Origin: an uncultured Oscillospiraceae bacterium
Lineage (GTDB): Bacteria > Bacillota > Clostridia > Oscillospirales > JAAYXM01
Length of the DNA: 64,000 nt
Reading direction: 5' to 3'
Assembly: GCA_934446465.1 (NCBI GenBank)
Contig: CAKSEF010000002.1
Location: 2,083 to 66,082, forward strand
The notes under the pieces: generated by a model
Told to the model about the DNA's origin: nothing
Seen by the model: the letters and a program-made list of their open reading frames with translations, nothing else
The model's database searches: none
Part shown: positions 1 to 9,600 of the stretch, in pieces
How positions within the stretch are numbered: the stretch's first letter is position 1
How the letters are laid out: each line of letters opens with the position of its first letter
Made by a program: the position numbers and the translations under genes

Positions 1-377
1 ATGAGCGGCTCGGAAAGCTCGCCAAGATTTGTTGCAAGAAGCTCGAATCCGAGATTGATGTTTATTATTTCGCTGTCAGTGTCGCATTTGAAAGTATGGA
101 TTTCCCCGGGAGGAACTATCACAAGCTCGCCCGCTCCTATATTGGTAATTTCTGTGCGGGTGATATGGTTAAAGCTTCCGACGGTGCAATAATAAAACTG
201 CGGGAAGTCGTGGGAGTGATATTCAGAAGAGGTTGAAACAACATAGCGCCCGTGTACCTGACGCTCAAACGCATAAAAATGCTCCGTTGCAAAGGTGATT
301 TCCGGATATTCGTCTTTTGGAACGCTCCCTCTCTTCATAAACTCCGCCTCCACAATGTTCTGAAAATATTTTATCAT
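1..377 (-). CDS. AraC-family transcriptional regulator, N-terminal cupin/effector-binding part only (gene continues past the left window edge)
   Basis: Absent from the ORF track because it runs off the edge. The reverse strand from ATG (377-375) is open to position 1. It reads MIKYFQNIVEAEFMKRGSVPKDEYPEITFATEHFYAFERQVHGRYVVSTSSEYHSHDFPQFYYCTVGSFNHITRTEITNIGAGELVIVPPGEIHTFKCD, an AraC_binding/cupin-type pattern. It is divergent from the downstream sugar locus. Confidence 0.55.
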   Translation of the reverse strand, partial: MIKYFQNIVEAEFMKRGSVPKDEYPEITFATEHFYAFERQVHGRYVVSTSSEYHSHDFPQFYYCTVGSFNHITRTEITNIGAGELVIVPPGEIHTFKCDTDSEIININLGFELLATNLGELSEPL

Positions 378-454
378 TACTTACGCTTTTAATCAACAAG
401 AATATGTGATATGACCGAGTAAATTATAATGTCCGTATTTTAGGTTGCAACAGG

Positions 455-746
455 TTTAATTGTAATGTGTGTTACAATGATTGCAAAAATGTTTGGAAGA
501 GATATTTGCAGAAACAAGGGCTGCATTAAATAAGCGAAGAATTCTAAAAAATCAGATGGAATGAAGGCAATAATTCATGAGGGCTTAATGGGCGCATAGC
601 AAAAGCAACCGCGCGCCTTTCGGGCGAAAAGCCTGCAAAAAACTTCAAGATATTTAAAGAAGATGAATATCTCTTGCGTCATGCAATGGAAACATACTTC
701 GATAAATCATATTTTGAAAAATTTGCGTTAGGGACAAATAATAGCA
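455..746 (+). pseudogene. Internally deleted, diverged tandem copy of the creatininase-family gene at 905-1798
   Basis: 455-556 aligns by eye with 851-955 (upstream region plus first codons). 571-746 aligns with 1659-1825 (last ~45 codons plus 3' flank, GLNERIAKATARLS.EK.AK..K.FKEDEYLLR.A.ETYFDKSYFE). About 700 nt of the gene body are missing and there are scattered substitutions. Confidence 0.7.
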
Positions 747-796
747 TTTGCAGGCATAAAACTTGCAGATGTTGCTTTTTTCATCACCATATACGC

Positions 797-818
797 AAAA
801 ATGTACAATATGGCGAAA
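797..818 (+). promoter_or_regulatory. Shared upstream motif AAAAATGTACAATATGGCGAAA, followed by a TGTTATATT (-10-like) element, upstream of the creatininase-family gene
   Basis: 21 of 22 nt are identical to 6578-6599 upstream of the giant lyase-like gene. Both copies are followed about 20-25 nt later by a TGTTATA(A/T)T extended -10-like element. Confidence 0.45.
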
Positions 819-904
819 GTGTGCTCTTATATATGTTATATTTAAAATAACTTTAATTGTAATGTGCGTTATAATAATCGTAAAAATATTAGGGAGAGAT
901 ATTT

Positions 905-1798
905 GTGGAAACAAGGTGGTTGTATTCAACAAGCGAAGAATTTGAAAAACTCAGAGAAAAAGCAAACAGAACCTGCGTAATACCTATGGGATGCGTTGAA
1001 AAGCACAGCTTGCACTGTCCGCTCGGCACGGATATAATAAAAGGAAGCCACGTTGCTCACCTCGCATCACAGCTTGAAACCGTATGTATTTTCCCTGACT
1101 TTGTGTTTGGTGATGTGCCTTGCGGTGCTCATGCGAAGCGTCCGGCAGGATCAATATGCCTTGATGTGCGCACACAGATGCTTCTGCTCGAACAGCTGTG
1201 CGATGAGATAGCGGCAAACGGGTTCAATAAAATTCTTGTAGCAAATTCTCATGGCGGAAATCTTCCCTGGCTCCAGACATTTTCAAGAAACCTTGGAGGC
1301 AAACCGCATAAGTATGTTTTTGCATATACGCACATTCCTGAAATGATCCCGCGCAAAATGGGTGAAATTCTCCTTGAAAAAGGAACGGGTTCGATCCCGG
1401 AACTTGCACCCGAGGACGAAGAACTTATAATCAAATATCATAAAGAAAATATGCTAACCGGACATGCATGCATGAATGAAGCTGCGCTGACGATGGCAGT
1501 GGCCCCCGAATCCATACATCTTGACAGGCTTGGAATTGAGAGCGGGGCGAAGCGTGATATTCCGGAACTCCAAAAACTTATTGATGCGGACGTGAGAATA
1601 GCATCGGACGGATGGAGACATTTCTTTCCCGATTGGTATGAAGGTGACGATCCATACGGGCTTAATGAGCGCATAGCAAAAGCAACCGCGCGCCTTTCAA
1701 GCGAAAAGCTTGCAAAAACCTACAAGGCATTTAAGGAAGATGAATATCTCTTGCGTTGTGCAAAGGAAACATACTTTGATAAATCATATTTTGAATAA
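905..1798 (+). CDS. Creatininase (creatinine amidohydrolase/formamide hydrolase) family protein
   Basis: 297 aa with a GTG start. The motifs VIPMGCVEKHSLHCPLGTD and VANSHGGN match the metal-binding signature of the creatininase family. Confidence 0.8.
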   Translation: METRWLYSTSEEFEKLREKANRTCVIPMGCVEKHSLHCPLGTDIIKGSHVAHLASQLETVCIFPDFVFGDVPCGAHAKRPAGSICLDVRTQMLLLEQLCDEIAANGFNKILVANSHGGNLPWLQTFSRNLGGKPHKYVFAYTHIPEMIPRKMGEILLEKGTGSIPELAPEDEELIIKYHKENMLTGHACMNEAALTMAVAPESIHLDRLGIESGAKRDIPELQKLIDADVRIASDGWRHFFPDWYEGDDPYGLNERIAKATARLSSEKLAKTYKAFKEDEYLLRCAKETYFDKSYFE

Positions 1799-2009
1799 TT
1801 TGCGTTAGGGACAGATAATGGCATCCTAAGCACGGGTCCCTGTATGTTATCTCCTCCTCTTTTGACGGTGCCTGTCCGCAGAAACGTTGACGCAGACTTG
1901 CCCGCGACGGAAAATTACCGCTGCGCGCTTATGGTACGCCTTATAATCAGAGAGAAAATCACAGTTTGTGATTTTGATTTTATAAAATTAAAACAGGAGG
2001 TTTTTAAAA

Positions 2010-3875
2010 ATGAAAAAGCTTTTTTCAATTATTCTTATCACAGTAATGGTTATTTCCCTTGCTCCGGGAGTTTTTGCAGACGGAACATCAGCAACGGATG
2101 GATCAAATCTTGTCCGTGCGTACAACTTTGATTTTGGCGCGGCAGGATACACGGGTGTGGCAGGGCAGACGGGAACTTCGGAGATCGGGTATGAGACGCT
2201 TAAAATCTTTGGTGACCCGGAAGGAGAAATAAATCCCACATGGTCAAAAGCAGACGCACCGCAGTGGGTTGTTGACGGTCATGCCCGCGCAACGAATATT
2301 GCGCTTACCACGGTTGAAAGCGGGAATAAGCAGGCAAACGCGCTGTATTGGTCTGCGTTTGGTACGCGGGCATATCAGAACGGTGTCGCAACAAATACAC
2401 ATGCTGTGGCAATAAGACTTAAAATCGACAAGCCCGGAACATACATTCCCGAGCTTACATACCACGCGCGCCCGGATTTGTGCATATTTGATATTTATCT
2501 TGTGCCGGCCAACTCCGAAATCATGACACCTGCGAATAAAGGCTATGTAACGATCCACCAAACTAAAGGAGAAAACAACGCAAACTTATTAAATCGGGTC
2601 ATAAACAATGCGGCCGCTTATAAGCTCGGAACTCTTGATATGTATGCGAAAGAAGCGGGAAGAGTTTCCACTTATCTCATAGGAGAGCACGCATTGAATG
2701 CGTTCACCGTTACAGAAGAAACCAAAGGAGAATATTATCTGTTCTTCCGTACCAACGGCGTAAATGATATCTTGAAGAAAGAATACGGTAACGGTAACGG
2801 CGCTGCGATTAACGTGAATCTCTTTTCTTTCGGTCTTTATACAGAGGATACAGGGACGGAAGAACCGACCGTGCAGGAAAAGACAGAAGCAGAATTTACT
2901 CCTTCAACCGATGATTCTTATATCGGAGCTCCCGAGAAGGTAACTGTAACAACGCTTGCCCGCTATGGCGAGACATCTGCCGTTATCGGAACAAAGGATG
3001 TCTCCTATGGCGAAATTGCAACAGTTGATGCTGTTCCGAAAACCGTAACAAGGGAAGATGGCACATACAGCTTTTTTTGCTGGGCAAAAGGTCTTGAAGA
3101 CGGTGCAAGCAGGCAGATTCTTTCCACAAGCAATGCCGAAATCTCTTACAAGCCGCACGAAGGCGCAAACTATCTCATTGCAGTTTATGAAAAAGAGGGC
3201 GGGGCGAAGGAAGCTTTCTATAACAACAACGGTCAGCTTCTTACCGACCTTGCAATTGCGGATGGCGTTCTCCCCGCTCTTCCGGCAATGGCAGGCAGAG
3301 GAAACGCAACATCATGGATACAGCGCGGTACAAACAATGAGTTTGCAGGCGGGGCAACTGCCCCGACAAGCGGCGACATGGTCTTTATGGCAAAGTATGA
3401 TGAAATTGAGAACAACATCACAATAAACGGCAAAAGCTATTCTTACGGCGATGTTGTTTCCTGCAAGGACATTGTTGACAGCATGGAAAACTTCAGCTGC
3501 TTCACAAGAAAAATCGGTGATGCCGATGCCGAAATCATAAGCATTGACGAGAATTACTCTTTTGCCGCATACACCGATTGCACAATCGAGGCAGTTTGCG
3601 AGGGCCCGGTAGAGATCGCCAGTCCGAAAAAGATTGCGCTTTCCACCTTCTCGGTGGGTGATAGGCTCACTGCGATTATGGCAGAGTTCATCGGCTTTGA
3701 GAATGCCAAGGAAAAGGGCATTATGTTCGGCAGCAAGAAAATTGCAATGATAAGTAACAAAGTACAGTTTACAATAACAAACGGTACTGCTGCTGACGTT
3801 ACCGTAACAGGCTATGCAATAGTTGGAAATGACAAATACATCGACGGTAAAATCACCGTTGACGCCGCAAAATAA
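2010..3875 (+). CDS. Secreted multidomain protein: signal peptide, unannotated ~230-aa module, then B-repeat-like C-terminal half
   Basis: 621 aa with AGGAGG upstream of the ATG and signal peptide MKKLFSIILITVMVISLAPGVFA. Residues ~40-262 are identical to the protein at 6680. The C-terminal half carries F/Y-x-F/C-W ... A-V-Y type repeats that resemble Listeria-Bacteroides (InlB B-type) repeats. These repeats are shared with 57690-59999. Confidence 0.8.
   Translation: MKKLFSIILITVMVISLAPGVFADGTSATDGSNLVRAYNFDFGAAGYTGVAGQTGTSEIGYETLKIFGDPEGEINPTWSKADAPQWVVDGHARATNIALTTVESGNKQANALYWSAFGTRAYQNGVATNTHAVAIRLKIDKPGTYIPELTYHARPDLCIFDIYLVPANSEIMTPANKGYVTIHQTKGENNANLLNRVINNAAAYKLGTLDMYAKEAGRVSTYLIGEHALNAFTVTEETKGEYYLFFRTNGVNDILKKEYGNGNGAAINVNLFSFGLYTEDTGTEEPTVQEKTEAEFTPSTDDSYIGAPEKVTVTTLARYGETSAVIGTKDVSYGEIATVDAVPKTVTREDGTYSFFCWAKGLEDGASRQILSTSNAEISYKPHEGANYLIAVYEKEGGAKEAFYNNNGQLLTDLAIADGVLPALPAMAGRGNATSWIQRGTNNEFAGGATAPTSGDMVFMAKYDEIENNITINGKSYSYGDVVSCKDIVDSMENFSCFTRKIGDADAEIISIDENYSFAAYTDCTIEAVCEGPVEIASPKKIALSTFSVGDRLTAIMAEFIGFENAKEKGIMFGSKKIAMISNKVQFTITNGTAADVTVTGYAIVGNDKYIDGKITVDAAK
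2126..2790 (+). repeat. Copy 1 of a 665-bp perfect direct repeat (partner 6790-7454)
   Basis: The nucleotide sequence reads identically line by line. The antisense track ORFs 2244-2561 and 6908-7225 encode the same 105 aa. The encoded protein segments (FDFGAAGYTGVAG...NDILKKEYG) are identical. Confidence 0.9.
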
Positions 3876-3894
3876 ACCAAACAAACAATAAGAC

Positions 3895-3932
3895 AACCGC
3901 TCGGGAGGAATTTCTCCCGAGCGGTTTGTTTA
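3895..3932. terminator. Bidirectional intrinsic terminator between convergent genes
   Basis: The 13-bp stem AACCGCTCGGGAG / CTCCCGAGCGGTT (3895-3907 / 3914-3926) is followed by TTGTTT on the plus strand. It lies between the stop at 3875 (+) and the stop at 4028 (-). Confidence 0.7.
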
Positions 3933-4027
3933 AGAAAAAGTTGAAAAAGCATACACTGTATGACAAAACAATTTTGTCAACAGCTTTTATTGATCAGATT
4001 AGTGCCGAGCACCTTTTAAAAGAAAAA

Positions 4028-5800
4028 TTACATCGTATGAATATACATAAAATCATTCGCGGAGAGCCATTTGCACTTCTGCCCCTGAATAAGCTCGGGC
4101 TCAAGTTCTTCTATCACACTTATCTTGCCGTCGAGGTAATCGTTTATAACTCTTCCGACATGGCGCAAGCGCTCAATTGCCGCACCGTAGCGGCACATGA
4201 TATTCTCAAAGCCGTGTGCCTTATAATCGCGGTACCACACTTCACGGTGGAGAGTATGAAGCTTTTCAAAATCCGCAATGATTTCGGGGAGTTTATTATC
4301 AGCAAAGCTTCGGAGATATTCTTTATCCCCTGCCTTATAGCGGTTACGGAGATTTAAGTGAATTTCACACTTATGCAAGCATGCGCGAAATGCAGCGAGA
4401 ATGTATTCCGTATTTTCATACTTTTCAATAACGGCAATTGCATCCGTAAGATACTTTTTAGCCGCAGAAAGGTCAAAATCAAAGCACAGAAGGTTAATCA
4501 GCGGATCGCTCCAGAGAATGTGCTTTCCGGCGCGGATTGCACCGTCCTCACGGAAGAAGAAATCGCTTATTGCATGGGAAAGCTCTTCCGTCATGCCGGT
4601 TGTAAAGTGCGCCATTTCCCATATATCTTCTTTCGTGCAGTCTTCTCCCTTCCAGCAGTATTCGGAGAAGAGCGAAAGCTGCGGAAGTGCCAGCATATGG
4701 CTGGTTTCACAGCCGTCGTTTGACCAGATGGTAACTATAACCTCGGGAACGCCGCCGCGAAGCACCTCTTCCATAGCGGGCTTCATTGTGTTGTAGGTGT
4801 GGTCATAGTTCGGAACAAAGCCGTCCCACGTCCAGATGCCGCCACCGAAAACAACCGGACGGTTGAAGTTTTTGTGTTTTTCTATATTTATCTTATAAAA
4901 CTCGTTGTTTGTGTGGTAATAATCCCAGAAAACCATATCCGCATCGGGCATTGCGTCTATTGCATACTGCGGAACAACAACATGGGGCATATAATCCTCT
5001 TCCTTGCTCTTTTCAACGAGCGAGAAGTACATATCGCTCCACATCAACGGGCGGAAGCCGTATTTTTTGCAAAGACCGCAAACTCTGCCGAGATGCTCGG
5101 AAAAGATTTCAAAGCGGTCGCGCATACCGTGCTTGACAAGATACTGCCCGAGGCCGAGCCCCGCGGTTTCGTCACAGCCGATATGAATACGATTTGTGCG
5201 GAACGCAGAGCGCATGGTTGCAATGCAGCTTTCAATAAATTTATACGTTTTTTCCTCACCGACAAGAAGAACCTTTGCATTCTCGGCGATTTCGTCGTTT
5301 ACGGAATAACGCAAAAACTGCTCCATATGGCCCAATGTCTGTATGCAAGGAATTACCTCAATGCCAAGCTGCGCCGCGAAATCGTCAATTCCGCGAAGTT
5401 CTTCAACGGTATATCTTCCGCGCTGATAGCCGAGATAAGGATAATCCTTTACCTCATATGTGTCTTCCGTATAAAGCATCAGCATATTATAGCCGTGGGC
5501 AGCAAGATATTTTATGTATGTCTTTACCGACTCCGGACGCATAACGCCGCCGCGCGACATATCAAGCATTGCGCCAAGCGTTTTAAGCGAGGGTTGCTCG
5601 CAAATTTCAAAGCTTTTCCCGCCTTCGGAAATCTCTTTGGCGAGAAGCGTATATGCACGGCACATTGCGGGGATTGTGTTGCCTCCAACAGTTGCGTTTT
5701 CGCCGTCGTATTTTACATAAACACCGTTATACTCGGTTTCTGTAATGTTCTGCGGAAACGCAACGTCAAAAAGCTCTGTTATCATATTTTTTATTTCCAT
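4028..5800 (-). CDS. Glycoside hydrolase family 20-like beta-N-acetylhexosaminidase (cytoplasmic)
   Basis: 590 aa with no signal peptide. GAMLDMSRGG...HGYNMLMLYTEDTYE...IPCIQTLGHME...RIHIGCDET resembles the GH20 TIM-barrel core with its HxGxDE acid pair. Confidence 0.75.
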   Translation of the reverse strand: MEIKNMITELFDVAFPQNITETEYNGVYVKYDGENATVGGNTIPAMCRAYTLLAKEISEGGKSFEICEQPSLKTLGAMLDMSRGGVMRPESVKTYIKYLAAHGYNMLMLYTEDTYEVKDYPYLGYQRGRYTVEELRGIDDFAAQLGIEVIPCIQTLGHMEQFLRYSVNDEIAENAKVLLVGEEKTYKFIESCIATMRSAFRTNRIHIGCDETAGLGLGQYLVKHGMRDRFEIFSEHLGRVCGLCKKYGFRPLMWSDMYFSLVEKSKEEDYMPHVVVPQYAIDAMPDADMVFWDYYHTNNEFYKINIEKHKNFNRPVVFGGGIWTWDGFVPNYDHTYNTMKPAMEEVLRGGVPEVIVTIWSNDGCETSHMLALPQLSLFSEYCWKGEDCTKEDIWEMAHFTTGMTEELSHAISDFFFREDGAIRAGKHILWSDPLINLLCFDFDLSAAKKYLTDAIAVIEKYENTEYILAAFRACLHKCEIHLNLRNRYKAGDKEYLRSFADNKLPEIIADFEKLHTLHREVWYRDYKAHGFENIMCRYGAAIERLRHVGRVINDYLDGKISVIEELEPELIQGQKCKWLSANDFMYIHTM

Positions 5801-6268
5801 TGCTATTCTCCTTTTCTGTTGTCAAGTACATTAAAACACATCTTATGGATTTTTTTCGCATTATCGTACATTTATCATAAACTGTGGGTCGATAACTTTA
5901 TCTGTCAGTGTATCCTTCATATACATATAAACGTTATACAGAGCAAGAAGATTCCATGCTTCCAAAGTATCCTGACTGCGCTGTACAAGGTTTACCGGCT
6001 CATAAACGCCACGAGGCCGAATAAGCTCAATATCGTTGCCGTGAAGCCCGCCGATCTAACCGCTTGCAGCAGGATCTGATTCGTTTGCGAAAGCACGGAG
6101 TTTATCCTACGGGGATTTACGATATTGCGCGCCGGTATATAACGGACGGCAACCGGGCGACAGAAGCCGCCGCTGTCTGCGGTTCCGGCGGCTGTTCATT
6201 CCTTTGCCGCGCATACGTAAAAAGTATGTCTCTGTTCTGTTATTAAAAATAATTTCAAGGAGATAAAA

Positions 6269-6490
6269 ATGCGAATTATTATAGATGCAGACGGGGATCT
6301 CGGTGTTGATGTTTCCGTTTCGGCCGCAAAAAATTACGGGCTTTAAGTTCGTATTCTCTGTGATACGACACACATTTGATAAAGACGGTGCGGAAACTCA
6401 TATTTTGTCGCAAGAGACCTCCGGCACCACGGGAAATATTGAAACTGTGCGCCTGTGAACACAGATTAGCATCTGAAATCACCATACCCC
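6269..6490 (+). pseudogene. Decayed YaiI/YqxD (DUF188, UPF0178) family gene
   Basis: AAGGAG RBS, then ATG and MRIIIDADGD (family start is M.I.VDADACP), with a stop after 25 codons. Shifted frames still read FSVIRHTFDKDGAETHILSQE, similar to the family core. There are several stops and frameshifts. Confidence 0.4.
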
Positions 6491-6577
6491 TAAAAAATAC
6501 AGTTCATTATATGGGCAACTAGGTGAAATATAAGAAAACAGCTTGTTTTTCATGACTCACACGCGGCTGCACTTCCT

Positions 6578-6599
6578 AAAAATGTACAATATAGCGAAA
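6578..6599 (+). promoter_or_regulatory. Shared upstream motif AAAAATGTACAATATAGCGAAA plus extended -10 TGTTATAAT, upstream of the giant lyase-like gene
   Basis: Near-identical to 797-818. It is followed by TGTGTTATAAT about 20-25 nt downstream, with only a weak -35, which suggests activator dependence. Confidence 0.45.
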
Positions 6600-6679
6600 T
6601 ATACATCTTCTCTGTGTTATAATTTAATAAACGATATTGATTTGAATTTAGAGCAATATGGTATAAGGGGGGAATACGT

Positions 6680-9600
6680 ATGAAAGGGAAAATGAAGCGT
6701 TTACTTGGCGCACTGCTTTCTGTTGCTGTGTGTGTATCACTGTTTCCGTCTGTAACCTTTGCGGTTGAGCCGACAACACCGGTGATAAGCTTTGATTTTG
6801 GCGCGGCAGGATACACGGGTGTGGCAGGGCAGACGGGAACTTCGGAGATCGGGTATGAGACGCTTAAAATCTTTGGTGACCCGGAAGGAGAAATAAATCC
6901 CACATGGTCAAAAGCAGACGCACCGCAGTGGGTTGTTGACGGTCATGCCCGCGCAACGAATATTGCGCTTACCACGGTTGAAAGCGGGAATAAGCAGGCA
7001 AACGCGCTGTATTGGTCTGCGTTTGGTACGCGGGCATATCAGAACGGTGTCGCAACAAATACACATGCTGTGGCAATAAGACTTAAAATCGACAAGCCCG
7101 GAACATACATTCCCGAGCTTACATACCACGCGCGCCCGGATTTGTGCATATTTGATATTTATCTTGTGCCGGCCAACTCCGAAATCATGACACCTGCGAA
7201 TAAAGGCTATGTAACGATCCACCAAACTAAAGGAGAAAACAACGCAAACTTATTAAATCGGGTCATAAACAATGCGGCCGCTTATAAGCTCGGAACTCTT
7301 GATATGTATGCGAAAGAAGCGGGAAGAGTTTCCACTTATCTCATAGGAGAGCACGCATTGAATGCGTTCACCGTTACAGAAGAAACCAAAGGAGAATATT
7401 ATCTGTTCTTCCGTACCAACGGCGTAAATGATATCTTGAAGAAAGAATACGGTAGCGGTAGCGGCGCTGAGATTAACGCGAATCTCTTTTCACTGAAGCT
7501 TTATAACAAAGCGGATGTCGCGGTTCCTGCGCTCGCTTCGGCAACACTTTCGCTTGAAAGCACAACTATGACAGAGGGTGAGAGTGTACTCCCGAAACTT
7601 ACGCTTTTCCTTGAAAACGGAGACAACCCAAGTGCCGAAATGCTTTCGGGATACGAGATAAAATACGAAAGCAACAATCCTACGGTTGCTTCGGTAAATG
7701 AAAATAGCGGCGAAATTACGGCACTCAAAACCGGAAACGCCACAATCACAGTAACAGAGACCAAGTCCGGCGTAGCGGGCAAGTTGGACATCACAGTTGC
7801 GGGAAAGCCTTATCTTGAACGCTTACAGCCGAAATGGGAAAACTTCGTTCTTTTTGCGAATGACGACAAAAACTCCACTGCAGATCTTGGCATTCTTGCG
7901 GTGATGTCAAACGGCAAGAATATTGTTCCGGATGAGTATAAAATCACATACATAAGCGCAGACGAGAACATAGTTACCGTGGACAAAGGAACTATAACAG
8001 CCGTAGGCGTTGGAAAAACAACTGTTACCGCATCGGCAACAAACGAAAACGGCGAGCCGGTAAGTGTTACGGTAAACGCAGAAGTGCGCGGAGAGCTTGA
8101 TGGACTTATATACAACTTCAATGCAGCTTCCTACGGCAAAGACAAAGAAATTGCAATGGCTGATTTAACAAAGCTCGGATATGCCGAAAACGGCTCTGAC
8201 CCTTGGAAGGTCTTAAGCGGGGCAAACACCGTTTATTGGTTGTCTGTAACGGCTGATGAGAAAGTTGACCATCCATACGGCGCAAATTCTGCAACTAACG
8301 TTCTTGCATGGGGGATATGGGGATATCGCGCTGCAAGATATACAGGCGCCGAGATGAACAAGGAAGAAGGAACTTTTGAGGGTGGAACATACTCGGCACG
8401 TCAGGATGCGGCGGTAGCTGCGCTTATAAATATTACAAGAGCAGGTACGCTTGTTCCGGCAATATCATATGAGGCACGCAACACACTTTCGATTTTTGAC
8501 ACATATCTTATTCCTAAAACGGTTGTTGATGCAAGCTCTCATCCTGACCTTTCTGTCGGAACGGAAATCGCAAAGCTTCTCAGCTCAATAGACAAGGAAA
8601 AATATTTGATTGCAAAACACGATATGTACGACGGTTCACTTGAAGAGCAAGTTACGATTAACAAGCTTGATCGTTTTGGAAATATCGAGATAACCGAGAC
8701 GGGCGAGTATTATCTTATCTGGCAGGTGAACGGCATTAACGAAGCCTTGCAGGGGCCGGAAAACTTTACTTATCTAAACAACAACGTAAACTACAAACAT
8801 ACTATTTACGTAAACATTCATTCTTTCGGACTTTATCCTCTGCCGAAGACCGAGCTTTCTTCAACCGGTGCGCATACGGAAACGGAAGAGGTGTTTGAGG
8901 GCGACATCGTGCGGCTCATTGCAACGCCGGAGCTTGCAGACGGAAAAACGGTAAACACACCTGCAATTATAAGCACATTTACTTCTCTTGATGAAGAAAA
9001 AGCAACGATAAACGGCGAATATCTCATTGCAAAAAAAGCAGGAACCGTTAAAGTCAAGGTTGATTCACGCATCAGCGGAAGCGAGGACGTTGTAACTGAA
9101 TATGTTGATATCGAAATTCTCCCCGAAAGCATAACAGACATCTCCGTTACTGCCGGCGGCAGTAAAAATATCCGACTTACGGACAAGAAGAATGATACCG
9201 TTCCGCTTTTTGTTACGCCTATAAGCAACCTCGGAAACAAACTTCCGACAGAAGAAATGATATTTACCGCAAACGCTCTCACTCCTGAGGTTGCAGACAT
9301 TATAAACGGAGATACAATCCTTCCCGTTACTGAGGGTGAGGCTAAATTCAATGTTATCGTAACAATAGGAGAAAGAACTATCGAACGCGAAGCAACGCTT
9401 CTTGTCGTAAAGGGCAAGAGCCGCGCATCGTACATGACAAAAGAAAAAGCAGAAGCCGCGCGCGAAAACATCAAGAAATACAATTGGGCGAAAAAGGAAG
9501 CAGACGGCGCAATAGCGCAGGCAGACAGATTTGTGGACAACTTGGATATTCTCTATAACCTTATAGCTTCCGAGGGTATTCCGCGAGGAATAGATGTTGG

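Noticed and set aside
1-192. Plus-strand 63-aa track ORF at the window start
   Set aside because: The opposite strand over 1-377 encodes a much more convincing AraC cupin domain with a proper ATG. The plus-strand ORF has no recognisable features.
2785-2800. Short tandem GGTAAC GGTAAC (and GGTAGC GGTAGC at 7449-7464) as a possible microsatellite or array seed
   Set aside because: There are only two units. They encode a GNGNG/GSGSG linker at the end of the repeated module and are not an independent repeat element.
4799-6079. 426-aa plus-strand ORF, plus other ORFs at 3926-4796
   Set aside because: They are antisense to the well-supported GH20 gene, are low-complexity and Cys/Arg-rich, and lack an RBS. 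They are typical shadow ORFs.
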